Part shown: positions 37,802 to 47,764 of the stretch, piece after piece
Position numbering within the stretch: position 1 is the first letter of the stretch
Layout: every line of letters begins with the position of its first letter
DNA from: a virus
Taxonomy: Duplodnaviria; Caudoviricetes
DNA length: 64,000 nt
IMG/VR virus record: IMGVR_UViG_2617271113_000004
Location: 96,001 to 160,000 of that record
Direction: 5' to 3' (one strand)
Translations under genes and position numbers: made by a program
Notes under the pieces: model-generated
What the model saw: only the letters and a program-made list of their open reading frames with translations
The model's database searches: none
Told to the model about the DNA's origin: nothing

Positions 37802-39655
37802 ATGATTCAAGTTCGGAAGCAATATGGGAATATATATGTCCGTATTCTTGATACAATGGAAACTTTTGATTTCACCTTAGATAAGATACGTGATATTCCT
37901 CAACGCTCCTTTAAGCAAGATACAGGGGAGTGGATGTTTCCCCAAGAAAAAATAGAGGACTTACTTCGGCTCTTTGAAAACCAAATAGTATGGATGCAAC
38001 CTTTAAAAGATATTGTTAAGGATCTTCCTGTTAAAGATACGCTAGTACAAAAACATCTTAATTGGGAAAATGATGATGATTTTAAACATTGGAAGATGAA
38101 GCCTTATGGATATCAAAAGGTAGGTGCACACTTTCTTGCGGATCGTGGTCAAGCAGCTATCTTTGATGGAGTAGGTTTGGGTAAGACATTGCAAGTATTA
38201 GGTGCCTCTCAGATTTTATTTAATAAAGGCCTTGCGAAAAGAGCACTTATCATCACACTAAATAGTATTAAACGTCAGTGGGCAAAAGAAGTAGATAAAT
38301 TTATGGGTGAAGAAGCTATTGCTGTATATGGCACAGAGTCTAAACGGCAAAAGCTAATTAAAGGCTTTGCAAAAAGAGATGATATACGTTTCTTAGTAAT
38401 TAATTATGAAATGCTGAGAAGTAAAAAGTATCTGAACCTAATAAAATCCATTGATTTTGATATTGTTGCATTAGATGAAGCTCAGAAGATAAAAACTGGT
38501 GTAACAGATAAGATGCTCGATATGAAGCCTTCTCAGAATGCATTAGGGACATTCGAGTTAAAAACGATTCCATATCGCTTTATTGCTACTGCAACACCAA
38601 TACAATCAAAGGCGGAAGAAATATGGAGCTTATACTATTTCTTAAATGAATTTATTTTGGGCCCTTGGGAAGAATTTCGTGAACGATACTGTAAATATCA
38701 CCCAAGATATGGCATTAGTGATTATTTTAACCAGGGTGAGTTATATTATCGAATTGCACCATACTTTATTAGAAGAACCAAAGAAATGCCTGAGATACAA
38801 CAGCAACTACCGAAAGTAAAGCATGATCATATTTTCTTGGAGACAACCAAAGAACAAGAACAAATAGAATCTTACTTATTAGATAAGATTGAACAGTTGA
38901 AGGAGGAGTCCAAAAAGGTAGGCTTTGATGGGAAAGTTATCAATGGTCAATTGATGAATTCAGAACAGGCAAAAGAATATTATGACGGACTTATTCAAGG
39001 TTACACATCTTTCTTATTGATGTCAGCTGATGCACCTGAGCTGTTCCAAATGTCAGAATCCCAACTTGCTGCAGGATTATTAAAAGACTTAAGTATACCC
39101 GATAATAAAATAAAACGTTCGCCTAAGTTAGAACATTTAATTGGATTTTATAATCAATTAATGAATGATGAACCTAACTCAAAGATTGTAGTCTTCACTC
39201 GCTTTGAACGGATGGCACGATTAATCCACCAGAACATTCCTGGTTCATTGCTTTATACAGGGAAGCTGTCTGAGCGAGACAAAGAATACGCCAAAGAACA
39301 ATTTGTAAATAATCCAAATAGCAAAGTTATAGTACTTACCGACGCAGGAAGTACAGGAATGAATTTACAAGTAGCCAATTACTTAGTAAATTATGACTTA
39401 CCTTGGGATCCAACATTGATAGAACAACGGAATGGGCGTATTGATCGTACAGGTAATCCTAATGCGAATATCACAATACAGTATTACGTGATGGGCGATT
39501 CATATGAAGAGCATTTACTCGAGCTTCTTAATCGTAAAGCTGACTTAGCCAGTTCGGTATTAGAAGGCGGAAAAATGAAACGAGCCTCACAAGATTTTAA
39601 CAAGCTCGCAATGGAGCGCATGCTTAAGCGAAAGCAGAAGAGAGTTAAAACTTAA
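37802..39655 (+). CDS. SNF2-family helicase
   Basis: DGVGLGKT, DEAQ, TATP, GSTGMNLQ and QRNGRIDR motifs. Confidence 0.92.
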   Translation: MIQVRKQYGNIYVRILDTMETFDFTLDKIRDIPQRSFKQDTGEWMFPQEKIEDLLRLFENQIVWMQPLKDIVKDLPVKDTLVQKHLNWENDDDFKHWKMKPYGYQKVGAHFLADRGQAAIFDGVGLGKTLQVLGASQILFNKGLAKRALIITLNSIKRQWAKEVDKFMGEEAIAVYGTESKRQKLIKGFAKRDDIRFLVINYEMLRSKKYLNLIKSIDFDIVALDEAQKIKTGVTDKMLDMKPSQNALGTFELKTIPYRFIATATPIQSKAEEIWSLYYFLNEFILGPWEEFRERYCKYHPRYGISDYFNQGELYYRIAPYFIRRTKEMPEIQQQLPKVKHDHIFLETTKEQEQIESYLLDKIEQLKEESKKVGFDGKVINGQLMNSEQAKEYYDGLIQGYTSFLLMSADAPELFQMSESQLAAGLLKDLSIPDNKIKRSPKLEHLIGFYNQLMNDEPNSKIVVFTRFERMARLIHQNIPGSLLYTGKLSERDKEYAKEQFVNNPNSKVIVLTDAGSTGMNLQVANYLVNYDLPWDPTLIEQRNGRIDRTGNPNANITIQYYVMGDSYEEHLLELLNRKADLASSVLEGGKMKRASQDFNKLAMERMLKRKQKRVKT

Positions 39656-39712
39656 AGGGGAGACAGTATATACTGTTTCCCTATATAAACTTATCATAGG
39701 GGAGAAAATAAC

Positions 39713-40357
39713 ATGGTTAAATTCGGAATTAAAGACTTTGAAACAACATTACCTAACTGGGCAAAACATCATAAAACAGTGAGTCTTCAAGTGCAAAGAA
39801 AATATAAAGACAATGATGAAATAATTAATGCTAATGATTCCGCTATTAATAAAATTATTCAAGATGAACCTTCTATTCTTAAAGAGAAACACGAAAGATT
39901 GTTTAACTTTAAAACAGGTAAAGAAAGAGAAGTTATTGATTATTATTTACCCATAGAAAATAAAGAATATATTACGCCTAACTTTGACTATTATTCTACC
40001 GGAGCTATTAATTCAAAAGAATTAGCAAAAGTACGATTAACTTTTTTGATAGAAGAACATACACTAAAATTAGAGCATCATATTCATACGGAAGGTCCTC
40101 ATTCAATGAATTTTGGACAACTTCTAGCAGGTAGCTTTGGAGGAGTTTCCGACTTTATCGAAGACATTGCTGTTAAATCAGAATCATTAAAGGAAAATGG
40201 CATTGTTATTAGTGAAGACAAAAGATACTATAATGTTGTGCTTGTATCTGATAATGGCAATTTCTTCAATTCTGATATTGCACATGATGAATTAGTACAA
40301 TCACTTGTTGGCATAGAAATATTTGAATTTGATCAAGAACATAAAAACAATATGTAA
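39713..40357 (+). CDS. Hypothetical protein
   Basis: 214 aa with GGGGAG RBS. Confidence 0.65.
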   Translation: MVKFGIKDFETTLPNWAKHHKTVSLQVQRKYKDNDEIINANDSAINKIIQDEPSILKEKHERLFNFKTGKEREVIDYYLPIENKEYITPNFDYYSTGAINSKELAKVRLTFLIEEHTLKLEHHIHTEGPHSMNFGQLLAGSFGGVSDFIEDIAVKSESLKENGIVISEDKRYYNVVLVSDNGNFFNSDIAHDELVQSLVGIEIFEFDQEHKNNM

Positions 40358-40472
40358 TGCACTACATTTGGGGGAACATATAGAATATCTTTATGAAGAA
40401 GATGACTACAGTACACTATATGATCTTACTAATGGTAAGATTGTGGCTGTAAAGTAAAATTTATAGGAAGTA

Positions 40473-41300
40473 GTGATTTTAATGTATTATCCAACGATTG
40501 ATATAATTCATAGCTTTAATATTGGATATTCCTTTCAACCATTCTTTAATATTGTTCAAGTCGGAGCAGGTGGAAACGGTGGTTATTTAGCACAACGTTT
40601 ATCTAAGCTGTTATATGCATTAAATAGTAATAGAACCTTAAATTTTAGTTATAAAATTACTGATGGTGATTCAGTAGAAGAAGGGAACTTACAACGGCAA
40701 CCATTTATTGAGCAGGACTTGGATAGTCCAAAGGCTGAGATACTTGCTAAACGTTATAGTAATGCCTATCAAATACCTATTTATTATAAAAACGACTATA
40801 TTTTTTCCGTAGATGATGTTCATCAATTATTTGATCAGGAATACTCATTAAATCGTCAGCTTTACATTCTTGTTGGTTGCGTTGATAATAACGCTACTCG
40901 TCAGATCATGCATGAATACTTTAATAGGTGTAGAAATATTGTTTATATCGATAGTGGCATTGATGCTGTTGATGTAAATGGATCTAAGGAAAGTGGGTAT
41001 TCTGGGCAAGTTGTTTGTGGAGTCCGGTTAAAAGATAAAGAATTACTTTCCCCTGTAGGAGGTATTTACCCTGATATATTAGCCGATAAAGAATCTCATC
41101 TTCCTACACAAGCATGTGGAGAACAAATGGTTTATTATCCGCAACGGATGCAAACTAATGAGATGGCCGCCATTATTATGAGTGGATATCTTAATACGAT
41201 TCTATCTGATAATGAAATTGTATCGCATTACACAAACTTTAATGCAAGAAATAATTTAGTTTCTCCCAATTATATTAAGAAGGGGCAGCTTGCTATATGA
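40473..41300 (+). CDS. ThiF/E1-like activating enzyme (PRTRC-type)
   Basis: VGAGGNGG, DGD.VE..NL.RQ, GCVDN..TR, IDSG and GQV motifs; candidate catalytic Cys in QACG. Confidence 0.9.
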   Translation: MILMYYPTIDIIHSFNIGYSFQPFFNIVQVGAGGNGGYLAQRLSKLLYALNSNRTLNFSYKITDGDSVEEGNLQRQPFIEQDLDSPKAEILAKRYSNAYQIPIYYKNDYIFSVDDVHQLFDQEYSLNRQLYILVGCVDNNATRQIMHEYFNRCRNIVYIDSGIDAVDVNGSKESGYSGQVVCGVRLKDKELLSPVGGIYPDILADKESHLPTQACGEQMVYYPQRMQTNEMAAIIMSGYLNTILSDNEIVSHYTNFNARNNLVSPNYIKKGQLAI

Positions 41301-41620
41301 ATTTTAAATTAGATACTTTTATTGATCGATTAGATCAAAAGGAATCATTACCTTTTGATCAAGTAAAAATGCATGAGAGACTAATTTTAATTGATGAGCA
41401 TATCGATAATCATGAAGTAATCACTGAAGATTTTTTAGATTTCTTCACCGCAGAAGAGTTAGAATGGTACTATAATTTTATTGAATATTGGCCATCTATA
41501 GAGGCAGAGATTGAACCAGAAGATTATGATCATGAAATGATGCAGTATTCCCAAACAATTGAATTAATTAATGAGATTTCAGATATGAAAGGCATTCAAA
41601 AAGAGGTGACTTTTATATGA
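41297..41620 (+). CDS. Acidic hypothetical protein in the Ubl cassette
   Basis: 107 aa, ATGA-coupled. Confidence 0.65.
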   Translation: MNFKLDTFIDRLDQKESLPFDQVKMHERLILIDEHIDNHEVITEDFLDFFTAEELEWYYNFIEYWPSIEAEIEPEDYDHEMMQYSQTIELINEISDMKGIQKEVTFI

Positions 41621-42027
41621 TTTCAGAAGAATATCGCATGGAATTAATGGATATAACACAAGTTATCCAAATGAGCAAACTTATGAAAGAAAGATCGTTT
41701 GAAATACCTTATATCAATTACAGAGAAGCATGTTCACCAATTATATTAGATCATTATCTTGGACAATTTTTAGACAGATATCCTGTATTTTCACTAAGCT
41801 CAGAGCAAGATGGATATTTCTATAATATTTACCTTAAACTCAATAATAAATATAAAGATACTGACTTTATTAAATCAGTTACTCATGCCATAGAAGGTGC
41901 TATGGCAGAGCATTTATCTGGTAGCTTGGACATTGATTATGACAACATAACTATCTCTTTAGAAGGTTCACTATCTTGCTTTTTCATATTAAATAACATA
42001 GTAGAAGAAATAGAAACAATGTTATAA
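41617..42027 (+). CDS. Hypothetical protein in the Ubl cassette
   Basis: 136 aa, ATGA-coupled. Confidence 0.65.
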   Translation: MISEEYRMELMDITQVIQMSKLMKERSFEIPYINYREACSPIILDHYLGQFLDRYPVFSLSSEQDGYFYNIYLKLNNKYKDTDFIKSVTHAIEGAMAEHLSGSLDIDYDNITISLEGSLSCFFILNNIVEEIETML

Positions 42028-42041
42028 AGGAGGGGAGAATT

Positions 42042-42716
42042 ATAGAAACCACAATTGTTCTAAACGAGCACAAACCTGCTAAGGTAACATTCCAAAAAAA
42101 TGGTGCAACTTATGAGAAATATTTAAATATGCAAGATCTTCTACAACAAATGATAGCCTCACTAAGTGTAGAAGATGATAAATTTAAGGAGAAATCTACA
42201 CCAATTACTATTTCACCATCCTTACCAACGAACACAGTGAAATACTCTAAATTAAGTGATGGAACAGATATTATATTCCTTGTTCATCCAGAGTGTAATG
42301 TAGATGTTAAATATCATCAATCTACTTTTATAGAAGTTCCAATACCTAATTTGGTTTTTTGTTTCATGGTTAGAAATCACCGCTTGGTAGCTAAACACGT
42401 ACTTTGCTATAAAGATCGATTCTTACGAGATGATTCTCAATTGTATTATTTTCCATTTTCTAATGTTTTTTCTGATGGGAGTATGTGTTATCACACCAAT
42501 ATAGAAATAAAGGATCTCGTTCAATTACAGACATTCCCTTTAACATGGTTAAGTGAACCATTTAATGATCACTTGTATTATCAAAGCAATAGCAATTTTA
42601 ATTTGCCCTTACGAGAATTATTAGAAAAGACACAGGGGGGATCTTTTGACTATACAATGTTAAAGAAAAAATCAATTGATTTTAATACATGGAGTTCAAA
42701 ATTAATTAATTACTAA
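42042..42716 (+). CDS. Prokaryotic E2 family D-like protein (PRTRC protein B-like), probable ATA start
   Basis: PIPNLVF, LY.FPFSNV...G.MC and F.DHL motifs; frame open to ATA 42042 behind AAAGGAGGGG. Confidence 0.8.
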   Translation: METTIVLNEHKPAKVTFQKNGATYEKYLNMQDLLQQMIASLSVEDDKFKEKSTPITISPSLPTNTVKYSKLSDGTDIIFLVHPECNVDVKYHQSTFIEVPIPNLVFCFMVRNHRLVAKHVLCYKDRFLRDDSQLYYFPFSNVFSDGSMCYHTNIEIKDLVQLQTFPLTWLSEPFNDHLYYQSNSNFNLPLRELLEKTQGGSFDYTMLKKKSIDFNTWSSKLINY

Positions 42717-42738
42717 TATATCAAGGAGGAATATAAAT

Positions 42739-43173
42739 ATGTCTTCATTAGAGTTTGATAAAGAAAAAGAACAGCAGCCTACATTTGGGACTAACTTAGA
42801 TCAAGAGGAACCAAAGGAGCCTGAACAAGCAGAAATTCCTGAAGAAGAGCCTGAAAAGAAACCAAAAGAAAATTTAGAAGAGAATGGGCAATTTTCATTA
42901 TTTGAGGAGCCTAAGCAAGAAAAGAAAGCACCTAAGAAGCCTAGTACTGCACCTAAGAAGAAATCTAAACCATCTCAAAAAGTTGGAATGGAATACACGG
43001 TTTATTATGCTGGACATCAAGTTCCAGTACCAGAAGAAGATATGACAATGGATACTGTGCGGAGTTATTTAGAGACAGATTTTCCTGAGTTATCTAAGGA
43101 TCGCACTGAAATGCTAATTGATGAGAAAAATAAACAAATAGTACCTGTTGTAAAAGGTGCCAAGAAAGGATAA
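42739..43173 (+). CDS. Ubiquitin-like protein (PRTRC C-like) with long charged N-terminal extension
   Basis: C-terminal VYYAG...MT.D.VR..L...FPEL....IVPVVKGAKKG ends in Gly. Confidence 0.7.
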   Translation: MSSLEFDKEKEQQPTFGTNLDQEEPKEPEQAEIPEEEPEKKPKENLEENGQFSLFEEPKQEKKAPKKPSTAPKKKSKPSQKVGMEYTVYYAGHQVPVPEEDMTMDTVRSYLETDFPELSKDRTEMLIDEKNKQIVPVVKGAKKG

Positions 43174-43178
43174 ATAAT

Positions 43179-44000
43179 ATGTTCGAAATACCAAAAATTC
43201 AGTTGCCGACACCAGAAGAAGCAGTTCAAATTCGAAAAGATAAATATAAATCTGCAAGTGAGTGTTTAGAAAACATGTCTTATTGGTTGCCTAAAGTGGA
43301 AGCATCATCCGCTAGAGATGTATCTTCTTTACAAATCCCTTTTACTAAGACTATCACCCTTAACTTAGAAACATATGAATGGCTATTAAGTGATAATTAT
43401 ACACAAGAAACTATTCAAGAATTTAATCAATCGATAATTGAAGATCTAGGTGATTTCCTAATTGATCAAAAGCTTTTTATTAAAACAGGAAACTTTAGCA
43501 ATAAGTTTCAATTCAAAAATACGGTTGTATCAGATCGAGAAAAACTAGGAAAACAGTTTCTTAACATCTATTATGACGCTATGTGTTTTGGTGTTCCTGA
43601 TTCGAACGAAATTGTCATTAGAGAGTACATCGAAGATAAAGAAGATAGACCTACAATTTATTCTGGTATGCCACTACATACCGAGTTCCGAGTTTTTTAT
43701 GATTTCGATATTGACGAACCTATTGGTATCTCAAATTACTGGCATCCTGATGAAATGTTAGAATGGTTATCTGAACCTGACTTAACATCTTATAAAAGTA
43801 TTAAAGATACAATTGTATCTGATTTTAACAAATACAAGAAGAATGTTGTTTTACAAGTATCTATTTTAATGCAAGGCGTTACAAGTCTAAAAGGAAAATG
43901 GTCAATAGACGTGATGAAAAATGGAGAAGATTTTTGGATTATTGATATGGCACGTATGGAACGAAGTGCATTAGTCAATAAAATGGAATCATTAACTTAA
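43179..44000 (+). CDS. ATP-grasp-fold protein
   Basis: LFIK...S.K, VIREYI, EFRVF and WSIDV....WIID motifs. Confidence 0.7.
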   Translation: MFEIPKIQLPTPEEAVQIRKDKYKSASECLENMSYWLPKVEASSARDVSSLQIPFTKTITLNLETYEWLLSDNYTQETIQEFNQSIIEDLGDFLIDQKLFIKTGNFSNKFQFKNTVVSDREKLGKQFLNIYYDAMCFGVPDSNEIVIREYIEDKEDRPTIYSGMPLHTEFRVFYDFDIDEPIGISNYWHPDEMLEWLSEPDLTSYKSIKDTIVSDFNKYKKNVVLQVSILMQGVTSLKGKWSIDVMKNGEDFWIIDMARMERSALVNKMESLT

Positions 44001-44005
44001 CAGTT

Positions 44006-44332
44006 GTGGAATATATTTTACTAGATTTAACAGGACGTGATCAGATGGTGAAGGAAATAAAATATACCAAAAATAAGGAAATAATTGAATTAGCAAATCA
44101 AGATAGAAAAGCCTTATTAAATCAAGTTTATCAACATTATAAAGGTGCATTATATATTGTAGACAGTGTAGCTCGTCATACAGAAACTGGTGAGCAAATG
44201 GTTGTATATAGAAGTTTAGATACAGGACAACAATGGGTGCGGCCTAAGGATATGTTCTTAGATATAATACAAAAAGAAGAAGGATATACATTTAGATTTA
44301 CTAAATTTCAAATAGGAGATTTTCTAAGATGA
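44006..44332 (+). CDS. DUF1653-like protein
   Basis: YQHYKG..Y...A.HTETGE.MVVY....WVRP..MF....RF. Confidence 0.85.
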   Translation: MEYILLDLTGRDQMVKEIKYTKNKEIIELANQDRKALLNQVYQHYKGALYIVDSVARHTETGEQMVVYRSLDTGQQWVRPKDMFLDIIQKEEGYTFRFTKFQIGDFLR

Positions 44333-44655
44333 ATGTTTGCGTTGAATGTCCGTATTGCGGCTATGAAAATGATATGACCGATGATCTAATTGAACTTAAT
44401 GGCAATGAGTTTGACACTGAATGTGTAGAGTGCAAAGAAGAATTTGAGGTGTATGTTGAGTTTGATCCATCTTTTACAGTCTCGAAGATTGTCTTTGAAA
44501 AGTGTCAGCAATGTGGGAGTGAAACACGTGACATATGCAAAAGAGGTAGTATATTTCCTTATCCAAGTCACTTAAAAGATAAAGTATGTAGGCAGTGTTA
44601 TCGTATTGCGGTTATTGAATATTTCAGAGATTACCATAAAGGAGTGGAAGATTAA
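44329..44655 (+). CDS. Multi-CxxC zinc-ribbon protein
   Basis: Four CxxC pairs. Confidence 0.7.
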   Translation: MNVCVECPYCGYENDMTDDLIELNGNEFDTECVECKEEFEVYVEFDPSFTVSKIVFEKCQQCGSETRDICKRGSIFPYPSHLKDKVCRQCYRIAVIEYFRDYHKGVED

Positions 44656-44657
44656 TA

Positions 44658-44891
44658 ATGGAACTATTACAAGCTCAAGAATGTCCATATTGTGGTTATG
44701 AAACTGAAGATGCTTTATCAAATTGGGAGCCAGATTCTGAAGAAGAAGTAGAATGCGATAGTTGTAGAAAAACATATATATCATAACCACAATTTCGATT
44801 TGAAGGATGGTTAATAGAGAAACAATGCGATAAGTGTGGAGAATGGACAGATGATGGTATGGAACTATGTGATTGTGATGAGGAGGACTAA
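44658..44891 (+). pseudogene. Zinc-ribbon paralogue with in-frame TAA at 44784
   Basis: MELLQAQECPYCGYE...ECDSC..TYIS*PQFRF...CDKC...EED; similarity to the upstream gene continues past the stop. Confidence 0.75.
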
Positions 44892-44893
44892 TA

Positions 44894-45082
44894 TTGGTTC
44901 TATCAAATATAAGGTGCGACAATTGCGGAAGGCCATACAGCGAAGCTAAAGATCATATAACTGGTGGCGAACTCTGTGAAACAGAATGGGCTTGTTGCAT
45001 TGAATGTTATGACGAAATGGTCGAAAAAGGGTGCTGTTTTGAAGAGCTAGGCGATGGGAACTACAGGGAGCAAAAATATTAG
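44894..45082 (+). CDS. Small CxxC zinc-binding protein
   Basis: CDNC..CIEC with AGGAGG RBS. Confidence 0.6.
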   Translation: MVLSNIRCDNCGRPYSEAKDHITGGELCETEWACCIECYDEMVEKGCCFEELGDGNYREQKY

Positions 45083-45114
45083 GGGAGCCCAATTCACATT
45101 TTGGAGGTCTAGGA

Positions 45115-45462
45115 ATGGATAACAGAAAGATAGATCAATTAGTAGCTGAAAAGGTTATGGGATGGAAAGTCTTTGAGTATAAGAATATTAATACTACTGT
45201 AATTGATGACGGAGAGTTCCTTGTGGAAATAGAAGAATTCAAACCATCTGAACGAATAGAAGATGCTTGGAATGTTGTTGAGAAAATAGGTAAAGATTTC
45301 ACGATGAACACAGTTAATGAGTACGACATCCATGTTAAAGCTGGAAAACTAGAATTAATAGGTCAATATCACTGCAATATCAATGGATTTCATGTATACG
45401 ACAAGTCAGCACCACTAGCAATATGCAAAGCAGCACTAAAAACAGTAGGTGTGGAGGTATAA
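45115..45462 (+). CDS. Phage ABA-sandwich-like protein
   Basis: ID.LVAEKVMGW...PS..I.DAW.VVEK...APLAICKAAL. Confidence 0.75.
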   Translation: MDNRKIDQLVAEKVMGWKVFEYKNINTTVIDDGEFLVEIEEFKPSERIEDAWNVVEKIGKDFTMNTVNEYDIHVKAGKLELIGQYHCNINGFHVYDKSAPLAICKAALKTVGVEV

Positions 45463-45464
45463 GG

Positions 45465-46097
45465 ATGGATGAACAGTTAGAAAGACTAAAAGCACAAAAT
45501 GAGTACACGATAAATCAATTATGCAAAGGGCAAGCAACCATAAGCTCAATTGATCCTTCTGACTTTAAATTGCTTATTCAACAAGCAGAACGTGTGAAAA
45601 AAACAGTAAAAAGAAACAAAGAACTGGAGTATGCTTCAAAGTATAACGGAGAACTGAATGAGTTTTTGCAAAAGAGAAAGTTACCTCTAAACACACTGGG
45701 TAGGCATGTTGTTGACGTTGTTATGGACTATGTGCAGGAGTTGGAGGAAGAAAGCAAGCAAATGAATAAACATCAGTTTGAATTAAGAAAAGATGCAAAA
45801 GAGTGGTGGATCACTGCTTCTAAATTTCAAGAAGAAAATGAAGCATTAGAATCAGAAATCAAACGCTACAAAGAACGTGTAAAAGAATTAGAGCAGGAAC
45901 TAGAGGACGCTACAACAGATGCACAAATAGCTGATGACAATTATTACTTTGCTAAACGCTACGAAAAGGCTTTAGAGTTTGCAGTAGACGAACTGTACTA
46001 TGCCCACCTTACTGGAGATGTCGGGCATAAAGATGCTTCTATTAAAAGAGTTATGGATAGATCAGAAGAAGCATTGAAAGGAGAAACCAATGGATAA
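45465..46097 (+). CDS. Coiled-coil paralogue 1
   Basis: MDEQLE...LIQQAERV...ALKGETNG; start placed after the GGAGG RBS. Confidence 0.65.
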   Translation: MDEQLERLKAQNEYTINQLCKGQATISSIDPSDFKLLIQQAERVKKTVKRNKELEYASKYNGELNEFLQKRKLPLNTLGRHVVDVVMDYVQELEEESKQMNKHQFELRKDAKEWWITASKFQEENEALESEIKRYKERVKELEQELEDATTDAQIADDNYYFAKRYEKALEFAVDELYYAHLTGDVGHKDASIKRVMDRSEEALKGETNG

Positions 46098-46425
46098 ACG
46101 GTTGGAAGAGATAATTGCAGTTGTGAATTCGCAAAGTCGTTCAACAAGAGAGTTATCTCATAACGACATGAATTGGCTTATCCAACGAGCAAAACGTGAG
46201 GAGAAATTAGACAAACTATCCGAGGAACTCAATCATGATTTATTCAGTGAACGAATGGAGAAAGACAAATATCAATATAGGTCTGAAATTCAAAAAGAAA
46301 GAATTAAAGAGTTAGAACAGGCTATAGAAAAAGCAATAGGCGGATGTAGATATACCAAACCGGAAGTAGCTTACATCTTATCTCAAGCATTGAAAGGAGA
46401 AGCCAATGGATAAACGGTTGGAAGA
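46069..46425 (+). repeat. 41-bp direct repeats (46069-46109, 46385-46425) at gene junctions
   Basis: AAGCATTGAAAGGAGAA(A/G)CCAATGGATAAACGGTTGGAAGA with one mismatch. Confidence 0.9.
46090..46413 (+). CDS. Coiled-coil paralogue 2
   Basis: MDKRLEEI...WLIQRA...ALKGEANG. Confidence 0.7.
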   Translation: MDKRLEEIIAVVNSQSRSTRELSHNDMNWLIQRAKREEKLDKLSEELNHDLFSERMEKDKYQYRSEIQKERIKELEQAIEKAIGGCRYTKPEVAYILSQALKGEANG

Positions 46426-46867
46426 AATAAAAAATAATGCAATTGTAGATAAGGTTCATTTCAAATATATCAATAATTCGGAAGGGTATTGGGGAATAAC
46501 ATACACACTAATTGATGATGATATGCGGTGGCTTGTAGATCAAGCAGAACGTGTGCAGGAATTGGAGAAAGATAATAAAAGATTAAAAGATTTAAATAGT
46601 AACAATTTACCTGTTATGAGGTCAATGCATGAGAAAACAGAACGCTACAAACAGGCTTTGGAAAACATATTAGAAATAGAAAATGATGAAGAATTTAATC
46701 CATATGCATATATGGCACTTGAAATAATGGAGGAAGTACGTAAGGCATTATACGAATGCTCTGATTGCAACGGAACGGGATATGACCATTCAAGAAATAT
46801 ACCCGATCACATGACACCTTGTTTTAAATGTAGAGGATACGGAACATTGAAAGGAGTAGAGGGATGA
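46406..46867 (+). CDS. Coiled-coil paralogue 3 with DnaJ-like CxxCxGxG pair
   Basis: MDKRLEEI...WLVDQAERV; CSDCNGTG and CFKCRGYG. Confidence 0.7.
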   Translation: MDKRLEEIKNNAIVDKVHFKYINNSEGYWGITYTLIDDDMRWLVDQAERVQELEKDNKRLKDLNSNNLPVMRSMHEKTERYKQALENILEIENDEEFNPYAYMALEIMEEVRKALYECSDCNGTGYDHSRNIPDHMTPCFKCRGYGTLKGVEG

Positions 46868-47055
46868 GTAAAGACATGTTCATAATCACTGGAATGATCG
46901 ATGAAATTAACGAAAAAGCAAGGAAGTTAGACAGGGAATTATGGAAGGCAGAAGATGAAGATAACGTAGACTTTGAAAAATTAGAAGAATTGGCAAGTGA
47001 GATTGAAGATGCATCAAATAATTTGATTTCTGAACTAGATAGCGAATTAGTATAA
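46864..47055 (+). CDS. Small acidic protein
   Basis: 63 aa, ATGA-coupled. Confidence 0.6.
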   Translation: MSKDMFIITGMIDEINEKARKLDRELWKAEDEDNVDFEKLEELASEIEDASNNLISELDSELV

Positions 47056-47096
47056 ACCAATCCTCCCTTAATGGGAGATAAAGGAGGAAATGGACA

Positions 47097-47483
47097 ATGT
47101 GTAAACACGGGTCTGAAAAATACGTGTGGGTCAACGATAAGAAGAAGGCTGTCCCTATAGACGCTTGTATAGCTAATGAAATACGTATGATTAATCGTCA
47201 TGGAGTAGTTACTCTAGCATGCTGTTGCGGTCATGGAAAAGCCGGGCAAATTGTTGAGTATGAAAATGCATTCGGTAAGTGGAAAGAGCATGCACAACCT
47301 CCTACAGGACTTATACGAGAGGAAAGTGTAAAAATCGCAAAGGCATTAGGGTACATTCCTTATCCGTACTATTATGCTGATGGTTTTAGTGGCGGAGTTT
47401 GGCAAATGCAACTCAAAACAGGATGTATTACAGAAGATGATGTAAATAAATACCATGAATTAACCAAGGAGGAAATGGAATGA
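47097..47483 (+). CDS. Cys-rich protein (IDACIA..GVVT..CC.GHG family)
   Basis: Motif visible; AAGGAGG RBS. Confidence 0.65.
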   Translation: MCKHGSEKYVWVNDKKKAVPIDACIANEIRMINRHGVVTLACCCGHGKAGQIVEYENAFGKWKEHAQPPTGLIREESVKIAKALGYIPYPYYYADGFSGGVWQMQLKTGCITEDDVNKYHELTKEEME

Positions 47484-47707
47484 TTACATCCTCTAGCAGA
47501 GGTCATTACATTTACTTTGACGGTCTACATTGGCGCTATATGAATGGCGATCTAGATGATGGTAGTAGAAGTTGCAAGAAATGCGGAAAAATGCCAACTG
47601 CAGAAGGATTCGATGCTTGTCTTGGATATATTGAGGAAGCAACAAGCGCATGTTGTGGCCATGGGATAGAAAAGCCTTATGTAGTGTATGGAGACAAAAT
47701 GAAATAA
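47480..47707 (+). CDS. Cys-rich protein (DAC..ACCGHG)
   Basis: 75 aa; shares CCGHG with the upstream gene. Confidence 0.65.
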   Translation: MITSSSRGHYIYFDGLHWRYMNGDLDDGSRSCKKCGKMPTAEGFDACLGYIEEATSACCGHGIEKPYVVYGDKMK

Positions 47708-47764
47708 ATAATTTCTATAGGTAGTGTCCCTAAAAATAAATACAAGATCGGAGGTTAAGCTCAA

